NCBI GenBank assembly: GCA_047947115.1
Contig: CP170459.1
Span: forward strand, 5,152,001-5,216,000
DNA: 64,000 bases
Reading direction: 5' to 3'
DNA from: Verrucomicrobiota bacterium
GTDB taxonomy: Bacteria; Verrucomicrobiota; Verrucomicrobiia; Limisphaerales; AAA164-E04
The position numbers and the translations under genes were made by a program. Numbering within the stretch: position 1 is the first letter of the stretch; every line of letters starts with the position of its first letter. Shown piece by piece: positions 40,828 to 50,313 of this stretch. The notes under the pieces are model-generated. The model saw only the letters and a program-made list of their open reading frames with translations. It was not told the origin of the DNA and did not search any database.

Positions 40828-43800
40828 AAAACGGGAAAGTTGTCGATGGCAATCGAATGCTTTGACTCCCTGCCTGCTTCTGGCCGGTTACCTTTTCCTG
40901 CTTTTTTCGATTGAACTTCTCACTTCTCAAAACACCTACGCAGCATCGCATTCAGTCCATTCCTTTACGACAGTCCCACTCGACGTCGAAAAAACCACTG
41001 CAACCGGATTCAAGCGACTTGATGCCGGGGAAACAGGGATTGATTTCAAAAACCTTCTGGCGGGTGATGCGTTTTTGACCGATGCGGTGGCGCATAATGG
41101 TTCCGGGTTGGCTTTGGGGGATGTGGATGGGGATCGCTTGGTGGACATTTACTTCTGTGGCTTGCAATCCCCCAATAAGCTGTTCAAGAACCTTGGCAAC
41201 TGGAAATTTCAGGAACAGGAAATCGGAACGGCCGCTTGCAGCGATCAACGATCAACCGGAGCCGCACTGGTCGACCTTGATGGAGATGCGGATCTGGACC
41301 TGCTGGTCAACGGGATTGCCACCGGGACAAGACTGTTCCTGAACGATGGAGCCGGACGCTTCACCGAATCGAAGGAGAACGGACTTTCCCAAACCTCTTC
41401 CGCCACTTCGATGGCGCTCGCCGACATCGATATGGATGGCGACCTGGATCTTTATGTCGCCCATTACGTCGACGTCATGTACACCGCCGACCCAACCACC
41501 CAATACGCATTGGCCCGCCAAAACGGCACCTTTGTGGTGTCGCATGTCAACGGAGAACCCACCACCACCCCGAGACTGCGCAATCGATTTACAGTATCCC
41601 CTACGGGTCGCTTGCAGGAACTGCCGGAATTTGACGCCCTGTATCTCAACAAGGGTGACGCCCGGTTCAAACCGATCCAATTTGAGAAAGGAACCTTCAA
41701 CAACCAGCAGGGTCGTCCCGTAATGCCTCCCCGGGACTGGAGTTTGGCAGTGATGTTTCGTGATCTGAACGATGACGATTATCCGGACTTGTATGTCTGT
41801 ACTGACAACGCCTCCCCTGACCGGGTCTGGATCAATAATGGCAATGGAACCTTTCGCATGCAGGAAGCAACTGCCATCCGCCACACCAGCCGATCTTCCA
41901 TGGGCATTGATTTTGCGGATATCGATCGGGATGGAATCGATGATTTTTTCGTCGCGGACATGTTTGCACGCACGCATGAGAAACGCATGACCCAGTTATC
42001 CAAACAGTATTCAGATCCGCAGGAGATCCTGCATCCCAATGGACGCCCACGTTACAACCGCAACACTCTTTTCATGGGGACAACCGATCATTCATTCGTG
42101 GAAACAGCCTTGATGGCGGGCGTCGCGGCTTCCGACTGGTCCTGGTGCCCCGTTTTCCTGGATGTGGATCTGGATGGATTCGAGGATCTGCTGGTGACAA
42201 ACGGATTCAGTTTTGACGTCATGGATCAGGACAGCCAGGACCAACTGCGCACCATGCAGATTTCCAAACACGAACGTCAGCGATCCCGTCAGTTTCATCC
42301 ACCATTCGTCACTCCCAACGCCGCATTCCGAAATATCGGCAACGGCATTTTTGAACCAGCGGATGGTGATTGGGGATTTGACATCAACGGCATTTCAAAC
42401 GGGATGGCTCTGGGCGACCTCGACAACGACGGGGATCAGGACGTGGTCATCAACCAACTCAACGACCAGGCCATCGTGTTACGCAACATCACCAGTCAAT
42501 CGCGCATCAAGGTTACCCTGACAGGAAAGGCACCCAACACCATGGGTATTGGCGCTCGCATTCAATTGAATCAGGGAAGCAAGCAACAAAGCCAAGTCAT
42601 CATCGGGGGAGGCAGATACCTTTCGGGAGATGAAGCATGCCGTGTATTCGGAATCCCCGAAACATCAGATGGCAACAACATATTGGAAGTCCAATGGCCG
42701 GATCGGTCCGTCTCAAGGATCGAAAACATCAAACACAACTATCACTACACCATTCATCAGGCCGCAGCAGAGAATCCTCAGCCAACAGAAAAGCCCAATC
42801 CCCTCAAACCTCTTTTCACTGATTCAAGTCACTTGATAGGCCACAGCACGGTCTCCCAGCCGATGCAGACTGATTCAGTCATGCCCATACCGTTTCAAAT
42901 GGATCACCCGATAAATCCTGGCTTGGCTTGGCAGGACATCAATGAAGATGGCTGGCCGGATTTATGGATTTCGGCTGAACGAGGTCAACCACCAGCCATC
43001 TACATCAACCGGCAAGGCAAAGCCTTTGAGAAACACCTGAACTTCCCACCCGCCAAGGATGATCAAGGAACCGCCGTCGGGTGGAAAGACGACAATGGTG
43101 GAACTTTCTGGCTCGTTGCCACGCCGCACCGGATTTCACACCCGCAGCGCGAAAGTGCGATTCAAGTATTTGACAGCAAATCATCGGAAGTATTGAGGAC
43201 CCTGAGCATAGGTAAATACGGCATAGGAGACTTGAAAGTGGCGGACATGGATGGAGACGGAGATGAGGATTTGTTTATAGCCACCACGTCCCCATGGGGA
43301 CGCTATCCGGAAGCAGCTGATTGCCAGGTATGGATCAACGAACAAGGCAAACTCCAACACAGCCCAACCTGGAGCCGTGCGTTTCAATCCGCCGGTGTCG
43401 TGCGCGCAGCCTCATTTTTCAACGGAGACCAGAATGGCTATCCTGACCTGGCTCTGGCCACCGAGTGGGGCCCAATCAGAATCTATCTTAACACCGGATC
43501 AGGTTTTGAGGAGCAAACCGAGGAACTTGGACTAGCATCTGAAAACGGTTGGTGGACTGATGTTGAAACAGGCGATTTCAATGGAGACGGCCGACTGGAT
43601 CTGGCAGCCACCAATCGGGGAAGCAATACGGAACTGGCCTTGATCAGAAATACTTCCTTTCGCGTTTATTACGGTGACGCGGACAGGAACAAACAGTTAG
43701 AAGTGATCACCACCTGGAAGTCAGAGAACCAGTGGTATCCGCTTTCCGACCGGAACACACTTACCCAACTCATCCCCGACCTGCCACAGCGCATCCCTTC

Positions 43801-44257
43801 ACACCATCAGTTCAGTCAAGCGACGATCAATGATGTATTGGGAGATTCCATCGATCAATACAAGTGGCTGGAAGCACTGATCGAGGAGTCGAGTATCTTT
43901 CTTCGCACAGATACCGGCTACACACGTGTGCCTCTTCCACATCAAGCACAGCAGTCATCTGCATACTGCATTGAAATTCTGAACAGCAATGAGGACGACC
44001 ACCTGGACCTATTCATCGGCCAAAACCATTTCGATCAGCATTCAGCATGGACGCGGCTTGACAATGGGAGAGGATTGATTTGTCTGGGACAGGGGGACGG
44101 CACATTCAAGGTGTGCTCGGCAGATCAGGCGGGAATTCAAAGTGTGAACCAGCAGCGGCATGTGAGCGTGGTCGATGTAAACAAGGACGGCAAGAAGGAT
44201 CTCAGCGTCATGCTCAAACACAAAGGCCCCGCCCTGCTCCTAGGAAACAAGCCATAA
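40814..44257 (+). CDS. FG-GAP/VCBS-repeat protein with ASPIC/UnbV domain
   Basis: Many DxDGDxDxD repeats; GIGARI...GGGRYLSG...VQWP; start uncertain. Confidence 0.9.
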   Translation: MVNGEKRESCRWQSNALTPCLLLAGYLFLLFSIELLTSQNTYAASHSVHSFTTVPLDVEKTTATGFKRLDAGETGIDFKNLLAGDAFLTDAVAHNGSGLALGDVDGDRLVDIYFCGLQSPNKLFKNLGNWKFQEQEIGTAACSDQRSTGAALVDLDGDADLDLLVNGIATGTRLFLNDGAGRFTESKENGLSQTSSATSMALADIDMDGDLDLYVAHYVDVMYTADPTTQYALARQNGTFVVSHVNGEPTTTPRLRNRFTVSPTGRLQELPEFDALYLNKGDARFKPIQFEKGTFNNQQGRPVMPPRDWSLAVMFRDLNDDDYPDLYVCTDNASPDRVWINNGNGTFRMQEATAIRHTSRSSMGIDFADIDRDGIDDFFVADMFARTHEKRMTQLSKQYSDPQEILHPNGRPRYNRNTLFMGTTDHSFVETALMAGVAASDWSWCPVFLDVDLDGFEDLLVTNGFSFDVMDQDSQDQLRTMQISKHERQRSRQFHPPFVTPNAAFRNIGNGIFEPADGDWGFDINGISNGMALGDLDNDGDQDVVINQLNDQAIVLRNITSQSRIKVTLTGKAPNTMGIGARIQLNQGSKQQSQVIIGGGRYLSGDEACRVFGIPETSDGNNILEVQWPDRSVSRIENIKHNYHYTIHQAAAENPQPTEKPNPLKPLFTDSSHLIGHSTVSQPMQTDSVMPIPFQMDHPINPGLAWQDINEDGWPDLWISAERGQPPAIYINRQGKAFEKHLNFPPAKDDQGTAVGWKDDNGGTFWLVATPHRISHPQRESAIQVFDSKSSEVLRTLSIGKYGIGDLKVADMDGDGDEDLFIATTSPWGRYPEAADCQVWINEQGKLQHSPTWSRAFQSAGVVRAASFFNGDQNGYPDLALATEWGPIRIYLNTGSGFEEQTEELGLASENGWWTDVETGDFNGDGRLDLAATNRGSNTELALIRNTSFRVYYGDADRNKQLEVITTWKSENQWYPLSDRNTLTQLIPDLPQRIPSHHQFSQATINDVLGDSIDQYKWLEALIEESSIFLRTDTGYTRVPLPHQAQQSSAYCIEILNSNEDDHLDLFIGQNHFDQHSAWTRLDNGRGLICLGQGDGTFKVCSADQAGIQSVNQQRHVSVVDVNKDGKKDLSVMLKHKGPALLLGNKP

Positions 44258-44405
44258 CTTCAACGTTAACTTTTATGCAAAAAGACTATTTTCACACCTG
44301 TCAATATAATCTTTACATAAATTTCACAACGAACTAATATTACTAATTGGAAACGTTAGTGTACGCAGAAGCGTGACATGATCATCACTAAAACAAAACT
44401 GAGTT

Positions 44406-47400
44406 ATGCTCAAAAAAAGAACCCTACTACTGACGGCAACCGCCGCTCTAGCCCTACAGTTCACGGCAAAAGCCAACGACATTGAACCGGGCAAAGAATA
44501 CTACACAGCGATCAAGGCACCCAACCCGATCGTTTTGGATGGAGATCTTTCCGAATGGAAAGGCGCACAACTACTCGCAGACCCGAGGTTTTCCATACCC
44601 AAAGGTTCAGCCCGCGACGGAGAAGTAGTCTTCTTCGAGGAGTACAACGGGGGTTCCTGGACGGGTCCGGATGACCAAACTTCTGCCGTTCAGGTTGTAT
44701 ATGACGATGACAACGTTTATTTCGGGTTCACCGTCACGGATGACTACCATGAGAACGCAGCCAACAGCGCCTGGAACGGTGACTCAGTGCAATTGATGAT
44801 TGCGAACGAGGCCCGTGATCAGCAGATCGCCCTTTACAACTACGCCCTGGGTGGCGTTGAAGGGGAAACGGGCGACGTGATCGTCATGCATGAAGCAGGA
44901 CCGGCCACGGCAGCAGATGCAGAATTGACCGAAGCGGTTGTTGTCCGCAACGAGGAAACCAAACGCACCTACTACGAAATCAAACTTCCAAAATCCACCT
45001 TGGCTTTGGACGAATTGAAAGGCGGAGTGCGATTCGGTCTCGGTATGGCGATTAATGACGGCGACGAAGACACTCCCGGACAAAAAGGCTGGGGCGGTCT
45101 GGGCGCACACTCCATCGTGTTTGGCAAAACACCATCTGAAACAGCTGTGGTCACCCTGGCCACTTCCAACGACATCGAACCCGGCAAGGAATTTTACACG
45201 GCAAACCCCGTTCCTGGAGCTTTGGACACCAAAACCGGAGCACTCAGCGATGGTTCCATCACCCTTGATGGCGACCTGAGCGAATGGAAAGGCATTCCTG
45301 TCCTGGCAGATCCCCGTTTCAGCATTCCCAAAGGAAGCAAACGGGACGGAACACCTGTTTTGTTCGAAGAATACAACGGAGGCAGCTGGACAGGTCCGGA
45401 CGACCAGACTTCTGCCGTTCAGATCGCTTACGATGCCAGCAACGTCTATTTCGGTTTTGTCGTTACAGACGATTACCATGAAAATGCGGCCAACAGTGCC
45501 TGGAACGGTGACTCTGTCCAATTGATGATTGCCAGCGCAAATCAAGACCAGCAGATCGCCCTTTACAATTATGCGTTGGGCGGCATCGAGAACGAAACCG
45601 GTGATGTCATCGTCATGCACGAAGCAGGACCGGCAGCGGCTGCCGATGCTGAAGCTGTCACCGAAGCAGTCATCGTCCGCGACGAGCGCACCAAGCGCAC
45701 CACCTACGAAATCAAACTTCCGAAATCCACTCTGGGACTGGAAACGCTTGAACTGGGCACCCAGTTCGGTCTGGGTATGGCAATTAATGACGGTGACGAA
45801 GACACTCCCGGACAAAAAGGATGGGGTGGCCTGGGCGCTCACTCGATCGTATTCGGCAAGACCCCAGGGGAAACAGCCCTGGTGACTCTCGGCATCGGTG
45901 GCGCAGGAGGAGGAGGAATTTTCTTGTCCTCCACCGGAGCTGACATCAACTCCTTCTTCTTCCGTGCAAGTGACAAGGATGACTCCAAGGTCGACCCGGC
46001 AAGCGCCAAATTGACCATCAACGGTCAGGTAGTGGCACTCGAAGCCAGCGATAAAAAGGTGGATGCATACGATTTCACCTACACAATCGACGGACGATTC
46101 GATCCCAACACCAAGTTGGATTATGTGATCGAAATTTCGGACACATTAGGAAAAACCATCTCGGATTCCGGAACGGTCACCACTCCTGCTTACGGTTTGC
46201 TTCTGAGCACCATGCTGGCAGCGGATGTTGACACTTCCAAACCAGGATTCAACTTCAATGTCTGGCAGAGCGACCAATACAATCACGGGAACACACTCGC
46301 AAATGTGGAAGCCCTTTTGGAAGCAGCCCCCGAAGTGGATGGCGCGACCATCGCCAATGACGCCTATGCGGACGAAGCCGGCCCGGCAAGTGATGCAGGC
46401 GAGTTGGTAGGCCACATGATGCACTACGAAATCCCAACCGTGCTCAACTTGAATGGCTACGCCAATCAGGTCGATCTGGGTAATTTCCAGCCGGACGATG
46501 TCATGCCCGGTATTCCTGGCAATTTTGGTTACTACGACGGCATCGCAGCCGAAATCGTTACCTTCATCGAGTTCCCTGAAGAAGGTTTGATCACCATGGG
46601 TGTCAACAGCGATGACGGTTTCCAGCTGACCATGGGAGCAATCGGGGACAAGGCGAACGCAACGGTGGCCGCCAAAGCAGCCGGCGTAAGCGACACAAAA
46701 TTCATTGTCGATGTGCGCGAAGCAGGTATTTATCCTGTGCGAATCGTTTATTACAGCCAGGCCGGCGATGCAGGCATTGAGCTTTACACCGAAAATGAAG
46801 CTGGTGAAAAAGTGCTGGTCAATGCCAACGGTGGTTTGAAAGCTTACCGCGCGGGAACAGCGCCGGAATTTGTCGCTCCTCCCCAATCGTTCTCAGGCAC
46901 CCCGGTGGCACAGGGTGCGGATGTTTCCGAACCGACTGTTGTGAACTTTGGCGACTTGGGCAACCAGGCCACCTATGAGTTCTTCTTCAACGCAGTCATG
47001 GATGGTGCTTCCACCGCTATCGCAGGCAACAACGCCTTCGCGATCAAGTTGGATCAATGGAACAACCAGGGTGTGTTCGGCACAACCCAGTTCGGCGTGG
47101 CCGACAACTTGTTCGAAGCTGTGGCTGGACAAAGTGTGGCATCCGTTTTCGGAGCTCCCGTGCATGTCGTGATCACCACGAACGCCGACGGCAGCAGCCT
47201 CTATATCAATGGTACCCTGTCCGGAACCTGGGCCGGTAACTTCGATCTCTCTGGAGACACCAAAGTGATGGGCGCACGCCTGGAACAAGCAACCGACCAC
47301 ATGGGCGCTGGAAGTAAGATGTATAAATGGGCCACCTACACCGGTGCGGCCAACGCCAGCCAAGTCATGGCGCTTTACAACGCCCGCCCCGATACCGGCG

Positions 47401-47570
47401 GTGGATCCATCGCCTCTGTTGCATTGGTTGACGGAAATGTCGTGATCGAATACACGGGCACGCTGAAAAGCTCGGCGACGGTCAACGGAGCCTACGCTCC
47501 AGTTGCCGGTGCTGCTTCGCCTTATTCGATAGCACCTGATCAATCACAGGCATTCTTCATTGCTGAATAA
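44406..47570 (+). CDS. Large secreted protein: two CBM9-like domains, PA14-like and LamG-like domains, short C-terminal tail
   Basis: Signal peptide; duplicated LDGDLSEW...VTDD...WNGDSVQL...YEIKLP...AINDGD; GVNSDDGF; VHVVIT..LYINGTL. Confidence 0.88.
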   Translation: MLKKRTLLLTATAALALQFTAKANDIEPGKEYYTAIKAPNPIVLDGDLSEWKGAQLLADPRFSIPKGSARDGEVVFFEEYNGGSWTGPDDQTSAVQVVYDDDNVYFGFTVTDDYHENAANSAWNGDSVQLMIANEARDQQIALYNYALGGVEGETGDVIVMHEAGPATAADAELTEAVVVRNEETKRTYYEIKLPKSTLALDELKGGVRFGLGMAINDGDEDTPGQKGWGGLGAHSIVFGKTPSETAVVTLATSNDIEPGKEFYTANPVPGALDTKTGALSDGSITLDGDLSEWKGIPVLADPRFSIPKGSKRDGTPVLFEEYNGGSWTGPDDQTSAVQIAYDASNVYFGFVVTDDYHENAANSAWNGDSVQLMIASANQDQQIALYNYALGGIENETGDVIVMHEAGPAAAADAEAVTEAVIVRDERTKRTTYEIKLPKSTLGLETLELGTQFGLGMAINDGDEDTPGQKGWGGLGAHSIVFGKTPGETALVTLGIGGAGGGGIFLSSTGADINSFFFRASDKDDSKVDPASAKLTINGQVVALEASDKKVDAYDFTYTIDGRFDPNTKLDYVIEISDTLGKTISDSGTVTTPAYGLLLSTMLAADVDTSKPGFNFNVWQSDQYNHGNTLANVEALLEAAPEVDGATIANDAYADEAGPASDAGELVGHMMHYEIPTVLNLNGYANQVDLGNFQPDDVMPGIPGNFGYYDGIAAEIVTFIEFPEEGLITMGVNSDDGFQLTMGAIGDKANATVAAKAAGVSDTKFIVDVREAGIYPVRIVYYSQAGDAGIELYTENEAGEKVLVNANGGLKAYRAGTAPEFVAPPQSFSGTPVAQGADVSEPTVVNFGDLGNQATYEFFFNAVMDGASTAIAGNNAFAIKLDQWNNQGVFGTTQFGVADNLFEAVAGQSVASVFGAPVHVVITTNADGSSLYINGTLSGTWAGNFDLSGDTKVMGARLEQATDHMGAGSKMYKWATYTGAANASQVMALYNARPDTGGGSIASVALVDGNVVIEYTGTLKSSATVNGAYAPVAGAASPYSIAPDQSQAFFIAE
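44475..45895 (+). repeat. Intragenic tandem duplication of a ~700-bp domain
   Basis: Units begin NDIEPGKE at 44475 and 45168; long identical peptide blocks with synonymous DNA differences. Confidence 0.9.
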
Positions 47571-47601
47571 GCATTGCATTCCTGTTTCGATTCAAATTCA
47601 C

Positions 47602-47636
47602 AAAAGCCCACCCTGACCGGGTGGGCTTTTCTTTTT
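47602..47636 (+). terminator. Intrinsic terminator
   Basis: AAAAGCCCACCC-TGACC-GGGTGGGCTTTTCTTTTT. Confidence 0.88.
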
Positions 47637-47962
47637 CACCCTGCGTTTCTCAGGGAAATCCATGGATTCTCCAACCAGATTAATACCGATTACCAAATAT
47701 TTTCACGTAATTGAATCCGCTGGGGGGTTCGCATTCTAATGCCCCTCCGCTTTCGACCAAAAAGCACAAAGAAGAATGAGGTATACAAGCCGCCCCCAAC
47801 AAAGTCCGTGGGGTGATCTCTCAATTCCCGCGTGTCGTTTCCGAATGGCAGATGCTTCAGAAGACACGCCTGTCATCCATGAAGCGGTTGGGGTTGCTGT
47901 TGAGTGTGGATTTGGATTTCAACAACCATGAGGTTCGCAGCGGAACGCCATGCAAAGCCAGG

Positions 47963-50143
47963 TCACTGGACAGTTTTTCGACGGATCGCTCGATAGATAT
48001 TGAGCTGTAGATAGCTTACTGATTGATTCAAATGCTCACGCACAGGAGCAAGGCGTTCGGCGCCAAGTTCGTTAAAGGCGAGTTCCATGACGGCCGCCTC
48101 TTCCTCGGTAAACCATGCGTAGTCTCTGATCTCAAGGTTCTCCTCCACGGCCTGTGCCAGATGCTGTTCAATCGTCACTCTTTTAAATCCGCGAATTTCA
48201 GCAATGGCGTCGAGATCCATCCCTTCGTTGAACAGCCGCAAGCTTTCAAACACACTCCCACTCACACCTTGTTGACGCTCTTTGGATTTGGAACCCAGTG
48301 CCGGCGGATTGGCAAAGGTCTGTTTTGGATGCCCGTTCAAAAAGTTCTGAATGGCTTGAATAAATGCGCGACCATACGCTTCCAGCTTGACGCTTCCCAC
48401 ACCGGACATGCAACCAAACAGCTCAAGATCCTGAGGATAATACGTCGACATCTGCCTCAACGCCACATCGGAAAAAATCGTATAGGCGGGAACGCCCTTC
48501 TCATCAGCCAGCTTCTTGCGCAAGGCGCGTAGCTCATCAAACAATGCCGCATCATATTCCGACCCCGCCGCATCGGCGGAACCGGGTTCGCCTGCGCTCT
48601 TCCTAAGCGGTTCCGTCAATTCAATGGTTTGCCGTTCTTTGAGAAACCGCATTCCTTCAGTGGTTAATTGAATGGTGTGAAACTGGTCCGGGTCCTGGTG
48701 TATCAAACCTTTCCGCATCAGTTCTCTTCCAAAGTGCATCCAGGCATCCCGCGAATGTTCCTTACCAATTCCGTACGTGGTCAAGGTCTCGTGTCCCCAC
48801 TGCCGGATTTTTTCTGTGTTGCCGCCAGTCAGAACTTCCACAAGATGCCGCAACCCGACGGCAAAACCACTGTGTTCTTTCACCCGAAACACACAAGACA
48901 TCAGCATCTGGGCAATGCGCGTTCCATCGATCTGATTTCTGGGCACCAGGCAGTTGTCACAACCTCCACAAGGCACATCACTGAACACCTCGTCAAAGTA
49001 GGCCAGCAGACGCTCGCGACGGCAATCGGCGCTTTCCGCAAAATGGGCCATTTCACGCAGTTGATTCATGGCCACCTGACGTTCCTGTTCCGGTTTGTTT
49101 TCTTCCCAAAGCCGCCGGTATTTGTGCTCGTCCGCGGCGCTCAGCAGCAGCAGACATTCGCTTGGCAAACCATCCCGCCCCGCCCTACCCGTTTCCTGAT
49201 AGTAACCTTCGATATTGCGTGGCAGGTGATAATGGATCACATAGCGCACATTCGGCTTGTCGATCCCCATTCCAAAGGCCACGGTGGCGCAGATGACATC
49301 AATGTTGTCCTTGATGAAACCATCCTGCGTGTCCCGGCGAACATTATCCTCCAATCCCGCATGATAAGCCGCAGCATTGATCTGGTGCCCTTTGAGAAAA
49401 CTTGCCAGATTCTCCGTTGCGGCACGACTGAAGCAGTAAACGATTCCACTCTCACCGGCATGGCGGCGCACCACATCCAGCACCTGATGATCACCTTGTT
49501 TTCGGGGCTTGACCGCATACTTGAGGTTCGGCCGGTTGAAGCTGCCGATAAAGGTCCGGGCATCTTTTAATTTTAAACCGGTGATGATGTCTTCACGCAC
49601 CCGCTGCGTGGCGGTGGCGGTCAATGCAAGGAGTCCGGCATTGGGAAAACGGGTTCGGAGTTGACCCAGTTGACGGTATTCAGGGCGGAAATCGTGTCCC
49701 CATTCGCTGATGCAATGCGCTTCGTCAATGGCAAATCGCGTTACGTTCCATTTGGTCAACTGGTCGAGAAAATCGGGCAACATCAAACGTTCGGGAGCCA
49801 CGTACAACAAACGATATACCCCATTCCACAAGCCTCGAACCCGTTCGGATGATTCGGGACGGGACAATGAGGAGTTCAGAAATGTTGCCGGAATACCCGC
49901 CGCATCCAGTGAGTCCACCTGATCTTTCATCAAGGCAATCAGAGGCGACACCACCACGGTCAACCCTTCGGTGGCAACAGCCGGAAGCTGGTAGCACAAG
50001 GATTTACCGCCACCGGTCGGCAACAGGGCAAAGGTGTCTTTACCTTCCAGCACGGATGTGATGATTTCGCGCTGCAACGGGCGAAATCCGTCAAATCCAA
50101 AATGTTCTTTTAATAACGATACCAACGACGATTCATTTCTCAT
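47963..50143 (-). CDS. recQ: DNA helicase RecQ
   Basis: PTGGGKS, DEAHCISEWGHDFRP, QETGRAGRDG, CRR..CGGCDNC, RQC and HRDC domains. Confidence 0.97.
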   Translation of the reverse strand: MRNESSLVSLLKEHFGFDGFRPLQREIITSVLEGKDTFALLPTGGGKSLCYQLPAVATEGLTVVVSPLIALMKDQVDSLDAAGIPATFLNSSLSRPESSERVRGLWNGVYRLLYVAPERLMLPDFLDQLTKWNVTRFAIDEAHCISEWGHDFRPEYRQLGQLRTRFPNAGLLALTATATQRVREDIITGLKLKDARTFIGSFNRPNLKYAVKPRKQGDHQVLDVVRRHAGESGIVYCFSRAATENLASFLKGHQINAAAYHAGLEDNVRRDTQDGFIKDNIDVICATVAFGMGIDKPNVRYVIHYHLPRNIEGYYQETGRAGRDGLPSECLLLLSAADEHKYRRLWEENKPEQERQVAMNQLREMAHFAESADCRRERLLAYFDEVFSDVPCGGCDNCLVPRNQIDGTRIAQMLMSCVFRVKEHSGFAVGLRHLVEVLTGGNTEKIRQWGHETLTTYGIGKEHSRDAWMHFGRELMRKGLIHQDPDQFHTIQLTTEGMRFLKERQTIELTEPLRKSAGEPGSADAAGSEYDAALFDELRALRKKLADEKGVPAYTIFSDVALRQMSTYYPQDLELFGCMSGVGSVKLEAYGRAFIQAIQNFLNGHPKQTFANPPALGSKSKERQQGVSGSVFESLRLFNEGMDLDAIAEIRGFKRVTIEQHLAQAVEENLEIRDYAWFTEEEAAVMELAFNELGAERLAPVREHLNQSVSYLQLNIYRAIRRKTVQ

Positions 50144-50313
50144 CCCATGTGTTTTCCATTCAGATATTTCAATTGTCGATGGTGCAACCGGGAACGATCC
50201 TATCAAAATTAAAAGCATCATCAAGTGGATGACGTGAAAAAGTTGAGAAATCAGAGCTTCTTTGCATTTGAATCCACTCCGGGATCTCCCTATCCTTCGA
50301 GCCGACCCAAACC

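Noticed and set aside
47640..47960. Possible ncRNA or small ORF in the gap before the recQ 3' end
   Set aside because: No recognisable RNA family motif or convincing coding signal by eye; a covariance-model search would be needed.
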